Origin: Thermoplasmata archaeon
Lineage (GTDB): Archaea > Thermoplasmatota > Thermoplasmata > Lutacidiplasmatales > UBA184
DNA: 64,000 nt
NCBI GenBank assembly: GCA_035507575.1
Contig: DATJNY010000029.1
Span: 20,067 to 84,066, forward strand
Reading direction: 5' to 3'
The translations under genes and the position numbers were made by a program. How positions within the stretch are numbered: position 1 is the stretch's first letter; every line of letters starts with the position of its first letter. Positions 43,167-52,144 of this stretch are shown piece by piece. The notes beneath the pieces are model-generated. The model did no database searches and was not told where the DNA came from. It worked only from the letters and a program-made list of their open reading frames with translations.

Positions 43167-43586
43167 GTGGGTCGACCCATTTCCGGCGAGGTCTCGGTGC
43201 GCTTCCTCCACACGTCGATCACCGTGAAGAGCATGGAGGAGAGCCTCGCGTTCTACACGGAGGTCCTGGGGCTCGAATTCGAGCGGCGCCGGACGATTCC
43301 GGAGAACCACGCGGAGATCGCCTTCGTGAAGGATCCCCTGTCGGGCGCGCGCATCGAACTCACGCACTGGGACGGAAAGGACACGTTCGAGGCCGGCGAG
43401 CAGCTCGATCACCTCGCGTTCGAGGTGCCCGAACTCGACCGCTTCCTTCTCAAGCTCCGGTCGAAGAACGTCCGGATCGCGAAGGAACCGTACCGCCTCG
43501 TGGGCGGCTCCTCGCGCATCGCGTTCGTGCTCGACCCGAACGATGTCTGGATCGAGCTGATCGAGCGCGCGCCGCCTCCGGGGTAG
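43167..43586 (+). CDS. VOC-family protein (lactoylglutathione lyase / methylmalonyl-CoA epimerase-like)
   Basis: Motifs: LHTSITVKSMEESLAFYTEVLGL...IELTHW...DHLAFEV. GTG 43197 is an alternative start. Confidence 0.75.
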   Translation: MGRPISGEVSVRFLHTSITVKSMEESLAFYTEVLGLEFERRRTIPENHAEIAFVKDPLSGARIELTHWDGKDTFEAGEQLDHLAFEVPELDRFLLKLRSKNVRIAKEPYRLVGGSSRIAFVLDPNDVWIELIERAPPPG

Positions 43587-43596
43587 CCGGACGACC

Positions 43597-44862
43597 GTGG
43601 CGACCGCGCTCGCGGACCCAACCGGCGAGATCCACCGCCGATCGCTCCTCGCGGTCTTCGGAGCGACCTTCTTCGTCCGGTTCGCGTTCGGGATCACGCT
43701 CGCGGTCTTCGCGAGCTACATCACGGGCAAGCTGACCGGGCTCAGCTCCGATGACCAGGGGACGATCGGGCTCGTCGCCGCGATGGCCCCGATCGGCGAG
43801 TTCTCCACGGTGCTGCTCTCGGGCGTGCTCACGGATCGCATCGGCCGGTTCCCCGTGCTGTTCGGTGGGATGATCGGTGCGGCGGTCCTCTTCGGGATGG
43901 TCGCCCTGACCCGCTCGGTCCTCGCGCTCGGCGCGTTCAACTTCCTCTTCGGCATCTCGAGCGGCGCGATCCTCGCTTCCAGCCTTGCCGTCGTCGCGGA
44001 TCGCTCGACCCAGGACGAACGGGGCCTCGAGATGGGCCGCTACGACGCGATGAACCTCGCCGGATGGCTCGGAGGATACGCGTTCGGCATCGCGATCCTC
44101 GGCTTCGTCCAGGACGGCCACGTTCCGCTCGGCGCGCTCCCGTGGGTCTTCGTTCTCGGGGCGCTCGTCCTCGTGGGGGGCCTCGCCTTCGCCTGGCTGC
44201 TCGTCGGCCCGCTGCCGCGCCCGGCACCGGTGCGCGGCACGCCGATCGGGGAGATCCTCCGGGGGGCGTTCCGCCTCGGCGTGCTGCTGGTGACGCTCCC
44301 CTGGCTCGTCGTCTACATGCTGATCGGCTACGTCCTGGTCTTCGTCGGTCCGGCCTCCGCGTCCGTGGGCGTCTCCGACCTGTACATCGCGGTGGGGATC
44401 GGAGCCGGTGGGGCGTTGCTGGTGCTCTCCCAGCCGCGCTTCGGCCGCCTCGCCGATCGGTACGGTCGTACCCTGCTGATGAACGCCGGGGTCGCCGGGT
44501 TCGTCGGGGTCATGCTCTTCGCGTCGCTGGCGATCGCGTACGGCCCGCAGATCGAGCTCCTGGTGCCTCTCGGGATCTGCGCCGTTCCGGCGCTCGGCTA
44601 CGGGCCGGCGGCGCTCGCCGCGTTGACCGATCTCTCGCGCGCGCTCAGTCGGGGCACGACGATGGCGATCTACTCGTTCACGATCTCGCTCGGCATGATC
44701 CTCGGCCTCGTTGCGGGCACGCAGCTCGTCGCGCGCCTCGGCAACCCCGGGTACTACGTGTTCTTCGGCGCCGTCGCGGGCGCGCTCGTGGCCCTTACCG
44801 TCGCCCGCCAGGTCTACGGGGTCGTCGCGCCGGGACCCCCGGTCACGACTCCGGCTCGATGA
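43597..44862 (+). CDS. MFS transporter
   Basis: There are about 12 TM segments and a DRIGRFPVL loop motif. Confidence 0.8.
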   Translation: MATALADPTGEIHRRSLLAVFGATFFVRFAFGITLAVFASYITGKLTGLSSDDQGTIGLVAAMAPIGEFSTVLLSGVLTDRIGRFPVLFGGMIGAAVLFGMVALTRSVLALGAFNFLFGISSGAILASSLAVVADRSTQDERGLEMGRYDAMNLAGWLGGYAFGIAILGFVQDGHVPLGALPWVFVLGALVLVGGLAFAWLLVGPLPRPAPVRGTPIGEILRGAFRLGVLLVTLPWLVVYMLIGYVLVFVGPASASVGVSDLYIAVGIGAGGALLVLSQPRFGRLADRYGRTLLMNAGVAGFVGVMLFASLAIAYGPQIELLVPLGICAVPALGYGPAALAALTDLSRALSRGTTMAIYSFTISLGMILGLVAGTQLVARLGNPGYYVFFGAVAGALVALTVARQVYGVVAPGPPVTTPAR

Positions 44863-45763
44863 CGATGTGCCGCAACACCGGATAGGCGGCCCGGAGCGAC
44901 GCGGTGACCTGGTCGATCGCCGTCTCGAGCTGATCGGTCGTCATCCCGTCCTGAAAGTTGATCTTGAGCGCGAGCAGCGCGTCGTCCGGACCGAGCAGCA
45001 TCGATTGGAAGCTGCGGACCTTCGCGACCGCGGCGTTCCGCTCGACGACCGCGAGCATGCCGCGCGCCTCCGCCGGCTCGAGGCCCCGCCCGATCAGGTA
45101 CTCCCGGCTCTCCCGGGTGAGAACGAATCCCATCGCAATGAGGAGCAGCCCTTCCGCCGCCGCGCTCACCCCGTCGGCGAACGCGTCCCCGGTCTGATAG
45201 ACGACGAGCAGCCCCGCGAGGGCCGCGACGCTCGCGACGATCGACACGAGGTCCTGATAGAAGATCGACTTGAGGCCCTGGTTCGCGGACTCGAGGAGAT
45301 GCGAGAGGGTGAGGCGTCCCAGCCGAAGTTCCCGCAGGGTCACCCAGACGCTCACGATGCTGACGGCGAGGGTCGCGGCCACGACCAGCAGCGCCTCGTC
45401 GAGGTGGCGCAGCGCCTCGGGGGCGATGATCTGGTCGACGCCTTCCGTGAGGGCGAGCACGCCCGCGACGGTGAACGTGACGACGATCGAGACGAACGCC
45501 CAGAAGAATCGCTCCTTCCCCCGTCCGAACTGGTACTCGTGCGAGGCGGGCCGACGCGACAGGTACAGGCCCCACAGCAGCAGGGCCGCCCCGACGAGGT
45601 CGGTGATCGTGAAGATCGCCTGGGCGAGGACCGCGCGGCTGCCGGACGCGATCGCGACCACGAAATTGACGGCGAACAACGTCGCGTTCAGCAGGAGGGT
45701 CGCGACGATGATGACCTGGGGTCGCATCGAGAGCCCGGGGTCTCCTCCGGGACGGTCCCTCAC
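44843..45763 (-). CDS. Cation diffusion facilitator (CDF) family metal transporter
   Basis: Six TM helices are followed by a cytoplasmic domain. The sequence is SGSRAVLAQAIFTITDLVGA...FGRGKERFFWAF. The internal ATG at 45727 is an alternative start. Confidence 0.85.
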   Translation of the reverse strand: MRDRPGGDPGLSMRPQVIIVATLLLNATLFAVNFVVAIASGSRAVLAQAIFTITDLVGAALLLWGLYLSRRPASHEYQFGRGKERFFWAFVSIVVTFTVAGVLALTEGVDQIIAPEALRHLDEALLVVAATLAVSIVSVWVTLRELRLGRLTLSHLLESANQGLKSIFYQDLVSIVASVAALAGLLVVYQTGDAFADGVSAAAEGLLLIAMGFVLTRESREYLIGRGLEPAEARGMLAVVERNAAVAKVRSFQSMLLGPDDALLALKINFQDGMTTDQLETAIDQVTASLRAAYPVLRHIVIEPES

Positions 45764-45832
45764 TGGGCCTCGGAGGTTAAGCGTTCCGAGCCAGGCGGTC
45801 GGAGCCCCCTCGACCGGTCGGCGGGACTAAGG

Positions 45833-45840
45833 GTTAAATC
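45833..45840 (+). promoter_or_regulatory. TATA-like element (GTTAAATC)
   Basis: It lies about 30-35 nt upstream of the ATG at 45869. Confidence 0.45.
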
Positions 45841-45868
45841 GCGGCGTCCCGTCCGCCGTCGGAAACCG

Positions 45869-46846
45869 ATGAGCGAGTCCTCTCCGCCCCCGACGACCGG
45901 GCCCTCGACGGGAGCGGGCACGAGGACGGGCGCCGCGCTACGCCGCCCCCGTCCCACGCTCTCCCAAATGGGGCTCGCGCCCGGCAAGCGCACCCGGTTG
46001 AAGCGCCTCCTCTACGACCATGGGCCGGGGGGCGGGACGCTGCTGATCCTGCCGATCGACCAAGGGCTCGAGCACGGCCCGATGGACTTCTTCGCGAACC
46101 CCGATTCGCTCGACCCGAAGTATCAGTACGATCTCGCGCGTGACGGGAACTTCAGCGCGATCGCGCTCCACATCGGCCTCGCGGAGAAGTACTTCCACGA
46201 GTACGCCGGCGAGGTCCCGCTGATCCTGAAGCTGAACGGAAAGACGGCGATCCCTTCCGACGCCCAGGCGTTCAGCGCGCTCACCGGCTCCGTGGAGGAC
46301 GCCGTCCGATTGGGCGCGGACGCGGTGGGCTACACGGTCTACGTCGGCTCGCCGTCGCAGGATCGCGACTTCGAGCAGTTCCGCCGCGTTCGCGAAGAGG
46401 CGGATCGGCTGGGGATGCCGGTGATCGTCTGGGCGTACCCCCGCGGGGACGCCGTCGCGAAGAAAGGCGGGAAGGAGAGTCTCTACGCGATCGACTACGC
46501 GGCGCGCGTTGCACTCGAGCTCGGCGCCGACATCGTGAAGGTGAACTTCCCCGTGCCGTCGGAGAAGGACGCCGACAGCCCGCCCCCCTACAACGCGCTG
46601 AAGCTCACGGCTGCCGAAGCGTTCCGACGGGTCGTGCACAGCGCCGGCCGCTGCCTGGTCCTCGTCTCGGGGGGAGAGAAGATGGGGGATACCGAGCTGT
46701 TGGCGAAAGTCCGCGCCTCGATGGACGACGGCGCGACGGGGATCATCTTCGGCCGCAACATGTGGCAGCGCCCGCGGGCCGAGGCCCTGCGCATGACGCG
46801 GGAGCTCCATGCGATCTTCCGGGAGTACGCCCAGCCCCTCCCGTAG
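45869..46846 (+). CDS. fbaB: Class I fructose-bisphosphate aldolase (DhnA/FbaB type)
   Basis: The segments LILPIDQGLEHGP, ...PLILKLNGKT, ...VGYTVYVGS, ...VIVWAYPRG and ...ADIVKVNFP parallel E. coli FbaB-type aldolases. I placed the start at ATG 45869, inside the artefactual long ORF 44711..46846. Confidence 0.85.
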   Translation: MSESSPPPTTGPSTGAGTRTGAALRRPRPTLSQMGLAPGKRTRLKRLLYDHGPGGGTLLILPIDQGLEHGPMDFFANPDSLDPKYQYDLARDGNFSAIALHIGLAEKYFHEYAGEVPLILKLNGKTAIPSDAQAFSALTGSVEDAVRLGADAVGYTVYVGSPSQDRDFEQFRRVREEADRLGMPVIVWAYPRGDAVAKKGGKESLYAIDYAARVALELGADIVKVNFPVPSEKDADSPPPYNALKLTAAEAFRRVVHSAGRCLVLVSGGEKMGDTELLAKVRASMDDGATGIIFGRNMWQRPRAEALRMTRELHAIFREYAQPLP

Positions 46847-47378
46847 CCCCGCCGTTCGGCTCCAGCTCACGATCTCGGGCGAGGATCATCCGAAGGCGTG
46901 CACCGGCCGGCGCCTCCTCCAAAGGGGGCTCGTCGAGCTCGCGGGCCACGGGAGCCGGGCCCGACCTCCGGTCGTCCTGAACCCGTACGCGGCGATCCCG
47001 CTCTCCGCCGCCGACCGACTGGCGGTGCGGCGCGGCGGGCTCCTCGTGGTCGACTGCTCCTGGAACCGGCTCACCGAGCGAGGGCGATTTCCCTCGCCTG
47101 CCGAGCCGCTCGCCGGGATCCCCCGTCGACTCCCGATCCTCATCGCGACCAATCCCCAGCACTACGGGCGGCCCGCGCAGCTCAACACGGTCGAGGCGTT
47201 CGCCGCCGCGCTGGCAGTGCTCGGGCGACCGGAGCAGGCCGCGACCCTGCTCGCGGGTTTCCGGGGGAGCGACAGCTTCCTCCGCGTCAACGCCGCGCGG
47301 ATCGGGGAGTACGCCCGGGCGGCGGGCGCGGACGAGATCCTCGCGGCCGAACGACGGCTGTTCGGCGCCGCGCCGTGA
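46809..47378 (+). CDS. tsr3: 16S rRNA aminocarboxypropyltransferase Tsr3
   Basis: Motifs: DHPKACTGRRL...LLVVDCSWNRL...LIATNPQHYGRPAQLNTVEAFAAAL. It overlaps the fbaB 3' end by 38 nt. Confidence 0.8.
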   Translation: MRSSGSTPSPSRSPAVRLQLTISGEDHPKACTGRRLLQRGLVELAGHGSRARPPVVLNPYAAIPLSAADRLAVRRGGLLVVDCSWNRLTERGRFPSPAEPLAGIPRRLPILIATNPQHYGRPAQLNTVEAFAAALAVLGRPEQAATLLAGFRGSDSFLRVNAARIGEYARAAGADEILAAERRLFGAAP

Positions 47379-47380
47379 GC

Positions 47381-48349
47381 TTAACGGGAATCGGGGAAGC
47401 GCCGACCCTCGGTCGGCAGGTGCTCCACGACGAGATCCGCGGTCGTGCGGACCGGGCGGCCCAGCGGGACTCGGGCGGAGATCACCCCCCCGTACCGTTC
47501 GAACACCCTTGTGGTGTGCAGCGTGAGGCACCGACCGTCGTACACGGAGCGACCGGTGAGGTCCGGGTCGTGGCCGCGCAGGAACACCGAGAGACCGGTC
47601 GCGCGGAGGAACCGGGTGAGGTCCTCCGCGGTCCAGGCCTCCGAAACCCCCCGGCGGAGCCGGGACGCCTCGCATTCCGTCCACACGATGTCGACGAGCG
47701 TCGTTTCGTCCGGGTCGTCGAAGACGCGCCGCCAGGCGGTCGGGAGGGGCGTGCGCGGGAATCCGGCGTGGGCGAAGTAGAGGCCATTCGCCGAGACGGC
47801 GGCGAGGGGCCCCCGCTCGAGGAGCGCCGCCAGCCTCGTGTACCGGGCGGCGACGGGGCCCCACAGCTCGTCGACCTCCTCGGGGAGGGAGCTCGGCAGC
47901 ACCGGGATGCGGGAGGCCGTCTCGTGGTTTCCCTGCACAAGGAAGACACGGTCCGGAAACCGGGCCGCGAGGTCGAGGAGCAGGCAGGCGTTCACCACCG
48001 AGCCGTCCGCGGAGTCGTCCGGCACCCGATCGACGTAGTCGCCCAGGCCGACGAGACAGCGGGGACCGCCGTCGGGCCGGAGGAACTCCTCGCGGACGGC
48101 GAGCGTGGACCGCCAGTCCCCGTGGGTGTCGCCGAATACGAGCGCTTCGGTGAACCCCGACGCGGGCAGCTCCGCGACCCCGTTTCGGAGGGGGACCGCA
48201 CGCTCCAGCCGGTCGAGCAGGCGATCGGCGTCCTCGGGAGAGGCGTCGAGCACCGCCCCCGGATCGAGCGGGGGATCGATCACGGCTGCGCTCCTCCGCT
48301 CAGCGACGGGGAAATGCGGGGGGCCGGAATTTCCGGCCGCCGGTCGCAT
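47381..48349 (-). CDS. PPP-family serine/threonine protein phosphatase (metallophosphoesterase)
   Basis: It has GDTHGD, GDYVDR and GNHE motifs. The maximal ORF runs through the tRNA-Gln gene, so the start must be at or below 48489. Candidates are ATG 48349 or GTG 48282, which is preceded by GGAGGAG. Confidence 0.75.
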   Translation of the reverse strand: MRPAAGNSGPPHFPVAERRSAAVIDPPLDPGAVLDASPEDADRLLDRLERAVPLRNGVAELPASGFTEALVFGDTHGDWRSTLAVREEFLRPDGGPRCLVGLGDYVDRVPDDSADGSVVNACLLLDLAARFPDRVFLVQGNHETASRIPVLPSSLPEEVDELWGPVAARYTRLAALLERGPLAAVSANGLYFAHAGFPRTPLPTAWRRVFDDPDETTLVDIVWTECEASRLRRGVSEAWTAEDLTRFLRATGLSVFLRGHDPDLTGRSVYDGRCLTLHTTRVFERYGGVISARVPLGRPVRTTADLVVEHLPTEGRRFPDSR

Positions 48350-48489
48350 CGACCGGACGGTCCTTTGAACCGGCGCATGCCCTAGGCAACAGGGTCCTAA
48401 GCCCTGCCTCGGTGGCCCGTCGCGCATGTGCGCGTCGTTTGGCCGAGCTGGAGCACCCCCGCATCGGAAGCCGTAGGTATACCGCCAGA

Positions 48490-48596
48490 TAGCCCCGGCA
48501 GGAGTTTCGGCCGGCGGGGTCGCGGACCCCCGCGGCGTTCGAACCTGCGTCGCGAGATCCAGAGTCTCGCATGATTGGCCACTACACCACGGGGCT
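48490..48596 (-). tRNA. tRNA-Gln (anticodon CUG) with a 34-nt non-canonical intron in the T-loop (position 59/60)
   Basis: Manual fold: acceptor AGCCCCG/CGGGGCT, anticodon stem CGAGA/TCTCG, loop CTCTGGA, T stem GCAGG/CCTGC. The T-loop TTCGAA|T is interrupted by the intron. The BHB motif is TTCG[AAC]GCC...GGC CGAA[ACT]. The mature length is 73 nt, with discriminator A and no encoded CCA. Confidence 0.85.
48504..48537 (-). other. tRNA intron (bulge-helix-bulge substrate)
   Basis: The intron is CGCCGCGGGGGTCCGCGACCCCGCCGGCCGAAAC. Its internal hairpin is GCGGGG..CCCCGC, extended by GCC/GGC. Two 3-nt bulges are separated by the 4-bp helix TTCG/CGAA. Confidence 0.8.
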
Positions 48597-48621
48597 ACGC
48601 GGCGCTTCAGCGGCGGGGCGT

Positions 48622-48630
48622 TGATAAACA
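48622..48630 (-). promoter_or_regulatory. TATA-like element (TGTTTATCA on the minus strand) upstream of tRNA-Gln
   Basis: It lies about 30 nt upstream of the tRNA 5' end at 48596. Confidence 0.5.
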
Positions 48631-48756
48631 TTGCCCGCGGCGCACGGCGCCGGTCGGCGGACCGGCGCGCCCGGCCGCGGACCGGACGCCGTCGTCCCAC
48701 CGTACTTCACAAATAGGCCAACGGAGTCCGACGCCGGTCCATGCCCCGGAGGTCGC

Positions 48757-50538
48757 ATGGCGGAGGGAGAGACGATCCGCCCGGTCGATCGCAGCCCGAC
48801 CTCGGCCCCGGGGCCCACGCCTAAGTCCCGGTGGTGGCCGTCCGCGCGACGGTCCGCGACGATCTATCTGGCGATCCCGCTCCTCGCCTCGACGGCGCTC
48901 GCCGCGACCGTTGGCGTGTCGTTCGGGAATCTCGCGAACTACCTCCCGACCGCGGGGATCGACGTTGTCTACTCGTTCCTGCGGATGTCGGCGGCGTACG
49001 GGCTCTCGCTCGCGTTTGCGCTCGCGTACGGCTACTACGCGGCCACCCGCCGGACGGGCGAGCGGGTGATGATCCCGATCCTGGACATCCTGCAATCGGT
49101 ACCGATCCTCGGTTTCTTTCCGGTCGCGATCGTGGTCTTCGCCGCCCTCACTCCCAACAGTTGGCCCGGGGTGAATTTCGCCTCCGTGTTCCTGATCTTC
49201 ACCTCGATGGCGTGGAACATGGTCTTCGGGGTGTACGAGTCCCTGAAAACCCTCCCCGCGGAGCTCAAAGAGGCCGCCGACACGTTCCACGTCCGTGGAA
49301 TCCTCCTGTTCCGCCGGGTCCTCTTCCCGGCGACGATCAATCGCCTCGTCTACAACTCCGTCCTCTCCTGGACCGCGGGTTGGTTCTTCCTGGTCGAAGC
49401 CGAGATCTTCACCACCAACTCGAGCCAAGCCTTGCCCGGGATCGGAAGCTTCCTCTCGTTCGCTGCGAGCGAACACAACACCAACGCGTTCCTCGCGGGG
49501 ATCGTGGTATTGGTGGCGCTGATCGCCTTCCTCGACTTCGCGGTCTGGCGGCCGCTCGGGAAATGGGCCGAGCGGTTCCGGTATGATACGGCCCCCTCGG
49601 GCGAAGGCGAGGCGATCACCGGCGGGGACTCGGCCGGACGGTTCAGCCGGGTCGCGGCGTACGTTCGTCGCGGCGTGCGCACGAGCGTCGCGCGCATCAG
49701 TACGCCGCTCGTCCAGATCGCGGCGATCGCCGTCGCACCCGCCCGGAAGACCGAACGTCGACGCAGTGCGCTCTCCTACTTCGGGATCGGCGCGATCCTC
49801 GTGATCGGGTGGCTGCTCGTTATCGCCCTGTCCGTCGCGATCTTCCACGTCTTCTCCGGTCCGATCTTGCCGGGAGTGCTCCACCAGATCGAGCTGCTAC
49901 CGCTCGCGATGGGCGCGTCGATGGCCCGGGTCGTCGCCGCGTACGTCCTCTGTCTCCTGATCGCGTTGCCCCTCGGCTTGCTCCTCGCCCGCAGCCCGCG
50001 CGCGGCCCGGTTCGGGATGCCGACGGTGGAGGTGATCGCCTCGTTCCCCGCGACCGCGCTCTTCCCGGTGATCATCTTCGAACTGATCCCCTACATCTCG
50101 GCCGAGGGCGCGGCGGTCCTGATGCTCATGACGGGGATGCTCTGGTATCTCTTCTTCAACATCCTCTCGGGCATCCGTGCCCTGCCTCCGGATCTCGACG
50201 AAGCCGCGCACTCCTTCGGCCTTCGGGGCTGGAAACGATTCTCGCAGGTCGTGCTGCCGGGGATCTTCCCGGCGCTCATCACCGGATCGATCACGGCCTT
50301 CGGAGGCGGTTGGAACACGCTCATCGTCGCGGAGTACCTGAACGTCGGGAGCTCGCAATCCCTCAGCCTCTTCGGCGTCGGCCGGGCCATCGACATCGGC
50401 TACGCCATGCCGAACCACACCGGCTACCCGCTGATGGTCGCCGCCATCCTCACGCTCGTCGGAACCGTCGTCGCCATCAACGAACTCATATGGAAACCGC
50501 TCTACCGACGGGCGGTCGAGAAGTACCGCTACGACTGA
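48757..50538 (+). CDS. ABC transporter permease, duplicated/fused (NitT/TauT-like family)
   Basis: Two homologous permease halves are present (…RVMIPILDILQSVPILGFFPV… and …RFGMPTVEVIASFPATALFPV…), each with an EAA-like loop (ELKEAADTFH / DLDEAAHSFG). I placed the start at ATG 48757. Confidence 0.8.
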   Translation: MAEGETIRPVDRSPTSAPGPTPKSRWWPSARRSATIYLAIPLLASTALAATVGVSFGNLANYLPTAGIDVVYSFLRMSAAYGLSLAFALAYGYYAATRRTGERVMIPILDILQSVPILGFFPVAIVVFAALTPNSWPGVNFASVFLIFTSMAWNMVFGVYESLKTLPAELKEAADTFHVRGILLFRRVLFPATINRLVYNSVLSWTAGWFFLVEAEIFTTNSSQALPGIGSFLSFAASEHNTNAFLAGIVVLVALIAFLDFAVWRPLGKWAERFRYDTAPSGEGEAITGGDSAGRFSRVAAYVRRGVRTSVARISTPLVQIAAIAVAPARKTERRRSALSYFGIGAILVIGWLLVIALSVAIFHVFSGPILPGVLHQIELLPLAMGASMARVVAAYVLCLLIALPLGLLLARSPRAARFGMPTVEVIASFPATALFPVIIFELIPYISAEGAAVLMLMTGMLWYLFFNILSGIRALPPDLDEAAHSFGLRGWKRFSQVVLPGIFPALITGSITAFGGGWNTLIVAEYLNVGSSQSLSLFGVGRAIDIGYAMPNHTGYPLMVAAILTLVGTVVAINELIWKPLYRRAVEKYRYD

Positions 50539-50579
50539 CGGTCTGCTCGCCGAGGGGTCCGGGCTCCGGGGGACGGACG

Positions 50580-51395
50580 ATGGCGCTGATTCGCGTGGAG
50601 CGCGTCGACAAGTCGTTCGCCGCCCGGCACGGCTCGATCACGATCATGCACGACATCTCCTTCGATGTCGCGGACTCCGACTTCCTCGCGATCGTCGGCC
50701 CGTCGGGGTGCGGTAAGTCGACGCTCCTCCGCCTGATCCAGGGCCTCGACCGGCCCACGAGCGGCACGATCTCCTTCCGGGACGCGCCCGTGCGCGGCGT
50801 GTGCACGAAGATGGCGATGGTCTTCCAGAGCTTCGCCCTCTATCCGTGGCTCACGGTGTCGGAGAACGTCGCCTTCGGGCTCGAAGCGCTCGGCTGGGAA
50901 CCGGATCGGATCCGCGGGCAGGTCGATCGGTACATCTCCGTGACCGGCCTCGACGGGTTCCAGGAGGCGTATCCGCGCGAGCTCTCGGGGGGGATGCGCC
51001 AGCGCGTCGGCCTCGCCCGCGCCCTTGCGGTCGAACCGTCCGTCCTGCTCATGGACGAGCCGTTCAGCGCGCTCGATCCCCTGACGGCGGAGAGCTTGCG
51101 GGAAGAGATCCTCCAGCTCTGGCGGGACCCCGAACTTCCCCCCGACGCCGTCCTCCTCGTCACGCACAACATCGAGGAGGCGATCCAGCTCGCCGACCGG
51201 ATCATCGTCCTCTCCCGTCGCCCTTCCCACGTCCTCGCAGACGTGCACGTGGAGCTGCCCCGACCCCGGGACCGAAAGTCGCCCGCCTTCTACGAGCTGA
51301 CCGACCAGGTCTATTCCCTCATCACGGAGGGCGGGGGGGCCGCCCCCGCGACGCCCCCCGCGAACGGTGCCGCCGCCGTTCAAAAAGCCTTATAG
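50580..51395 (+). CDS. ABC transporter ATP-binding protein
   Basis: Walker A is GPSGCGKST, the signature is LSGGMRQR, and Walker B is LLMDEPFSALD. I placed the start at ATG 50580, inside the long artefactual ORF. Confidence 0.9.
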   Translation: MALIRVERVDKSFAARHGSITIMHDISFDVADSDFLAIVGPSGCGKSTLLRLIQGLDRPTSGTISFRDAPVRGVCTKMAMVFQSFALYPWLTVSENVAFGLEALGWEPDRIRGQVDRYISVTGLDGFQEAYPRELSGGMRQRVGLARALAVEPSVLLMDEPFSALDPLTAESLREEILQLWRDPELPPDAVLLVTHNIEEAIQLADRIIVLSRRPSHVLADVHVELPRPRDRKSPAFYELTDQVYSLITEGGGAAPATPPANGAAAVQKAL

Positions 51396-51434
51396 CGACC
51401 GCCCCGGATAGGGCGACTCCCCGGTCCGACGTCC

Positions 51435-52061
51435 GTGCCGACGAGCTATCCCAAGTGCAGTCCCACCGAGATGCAGGGGCTGCTCGTACTCCTCAACGCC
51501 CACAAGGGCTCGGAGGACGTGGCGTTGCTCGCCGATGACCTCGACCTCGAGATCGACGAGATCCTGCCCTCGCTCGACTTCGCCAGTGTGCTCGGGCTCG
51601 TGAAGGTGGCGGACGGGCGGGCGACGTTCACGGAGCTCGGCCGGAAGTACATCTCCTCCTCGATCCGCGACCGCAAGGCGGTCCTTCGGGAGCAGCTGAA
51701 GAAGACGACGCTGTTCAAGACGCTCCTGCGCGCCCTCGACAACGCGCCGGACCACCAGCTCACCGACGAGCAGCTCACCCAACTCGTTTCGGTCACGCCC
51801 GCGACGGCGGACGAGTCCGTACAGAACATCGTGAACTGGGGACGCTACGCCGAATTGATCCGGTACGACGCCGACCAACATCTGATGGTCGCCGTCCGCC
51901 GAGCCTCGGGTTTGGCCAAGTCGACCCCGGGCAATCGTCCCCCGCCCCCCGCGTCCCCGCAGGCCCCCGGTGCCCCGACGTCGACGGGCCGGAAGGCCGG
52001 CGCGAGCCCGACGGATCCCGTCGAGCACGCCGCCCCGCTCTTCGACTCGGTCCCGGCGTAG
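51435..52061 (+). CDS. Standalone AAA-associated (ABC nitrate/sulfonate ATPase C-terminal-like) domain protein with a Pro-rich tail
   Basis: The sequence is EMQGLLVLLNAHKGSEDVALLADDLDLEIDEILPSLDFASVLGLVKVADGRATFTELG. It sits directly after the ABC ATPase. The family assignment is from memory. Confidence 0.55.
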   Translation: MPTSYPKCSPTEMQGLLVLLNAHKGSEDVALLADDLDLEIDEILPSLDFASVLGLVKVADGRATFTELGRKYISSSIRDRKAVLREQLKKTTLFKTLLRALDNAPDHQLTDEQLTQLVSVTPATADESVQNIVNWGRYAELIRYDADQHLMVAVRRASGLAKSTPGNRPPPPASPQAPGAPTSTGRKAGASPTDPVEHAAPLFDSVPA

Positions 52062-52144
52062 CGACGCCCGGGCCGGGCCGGCGACTCACCCTAAGGAAAG
52101 CGCGGCGCTAAGTTCCCGCGTCCGGGTCCCCCCTTGGAGCCGCC

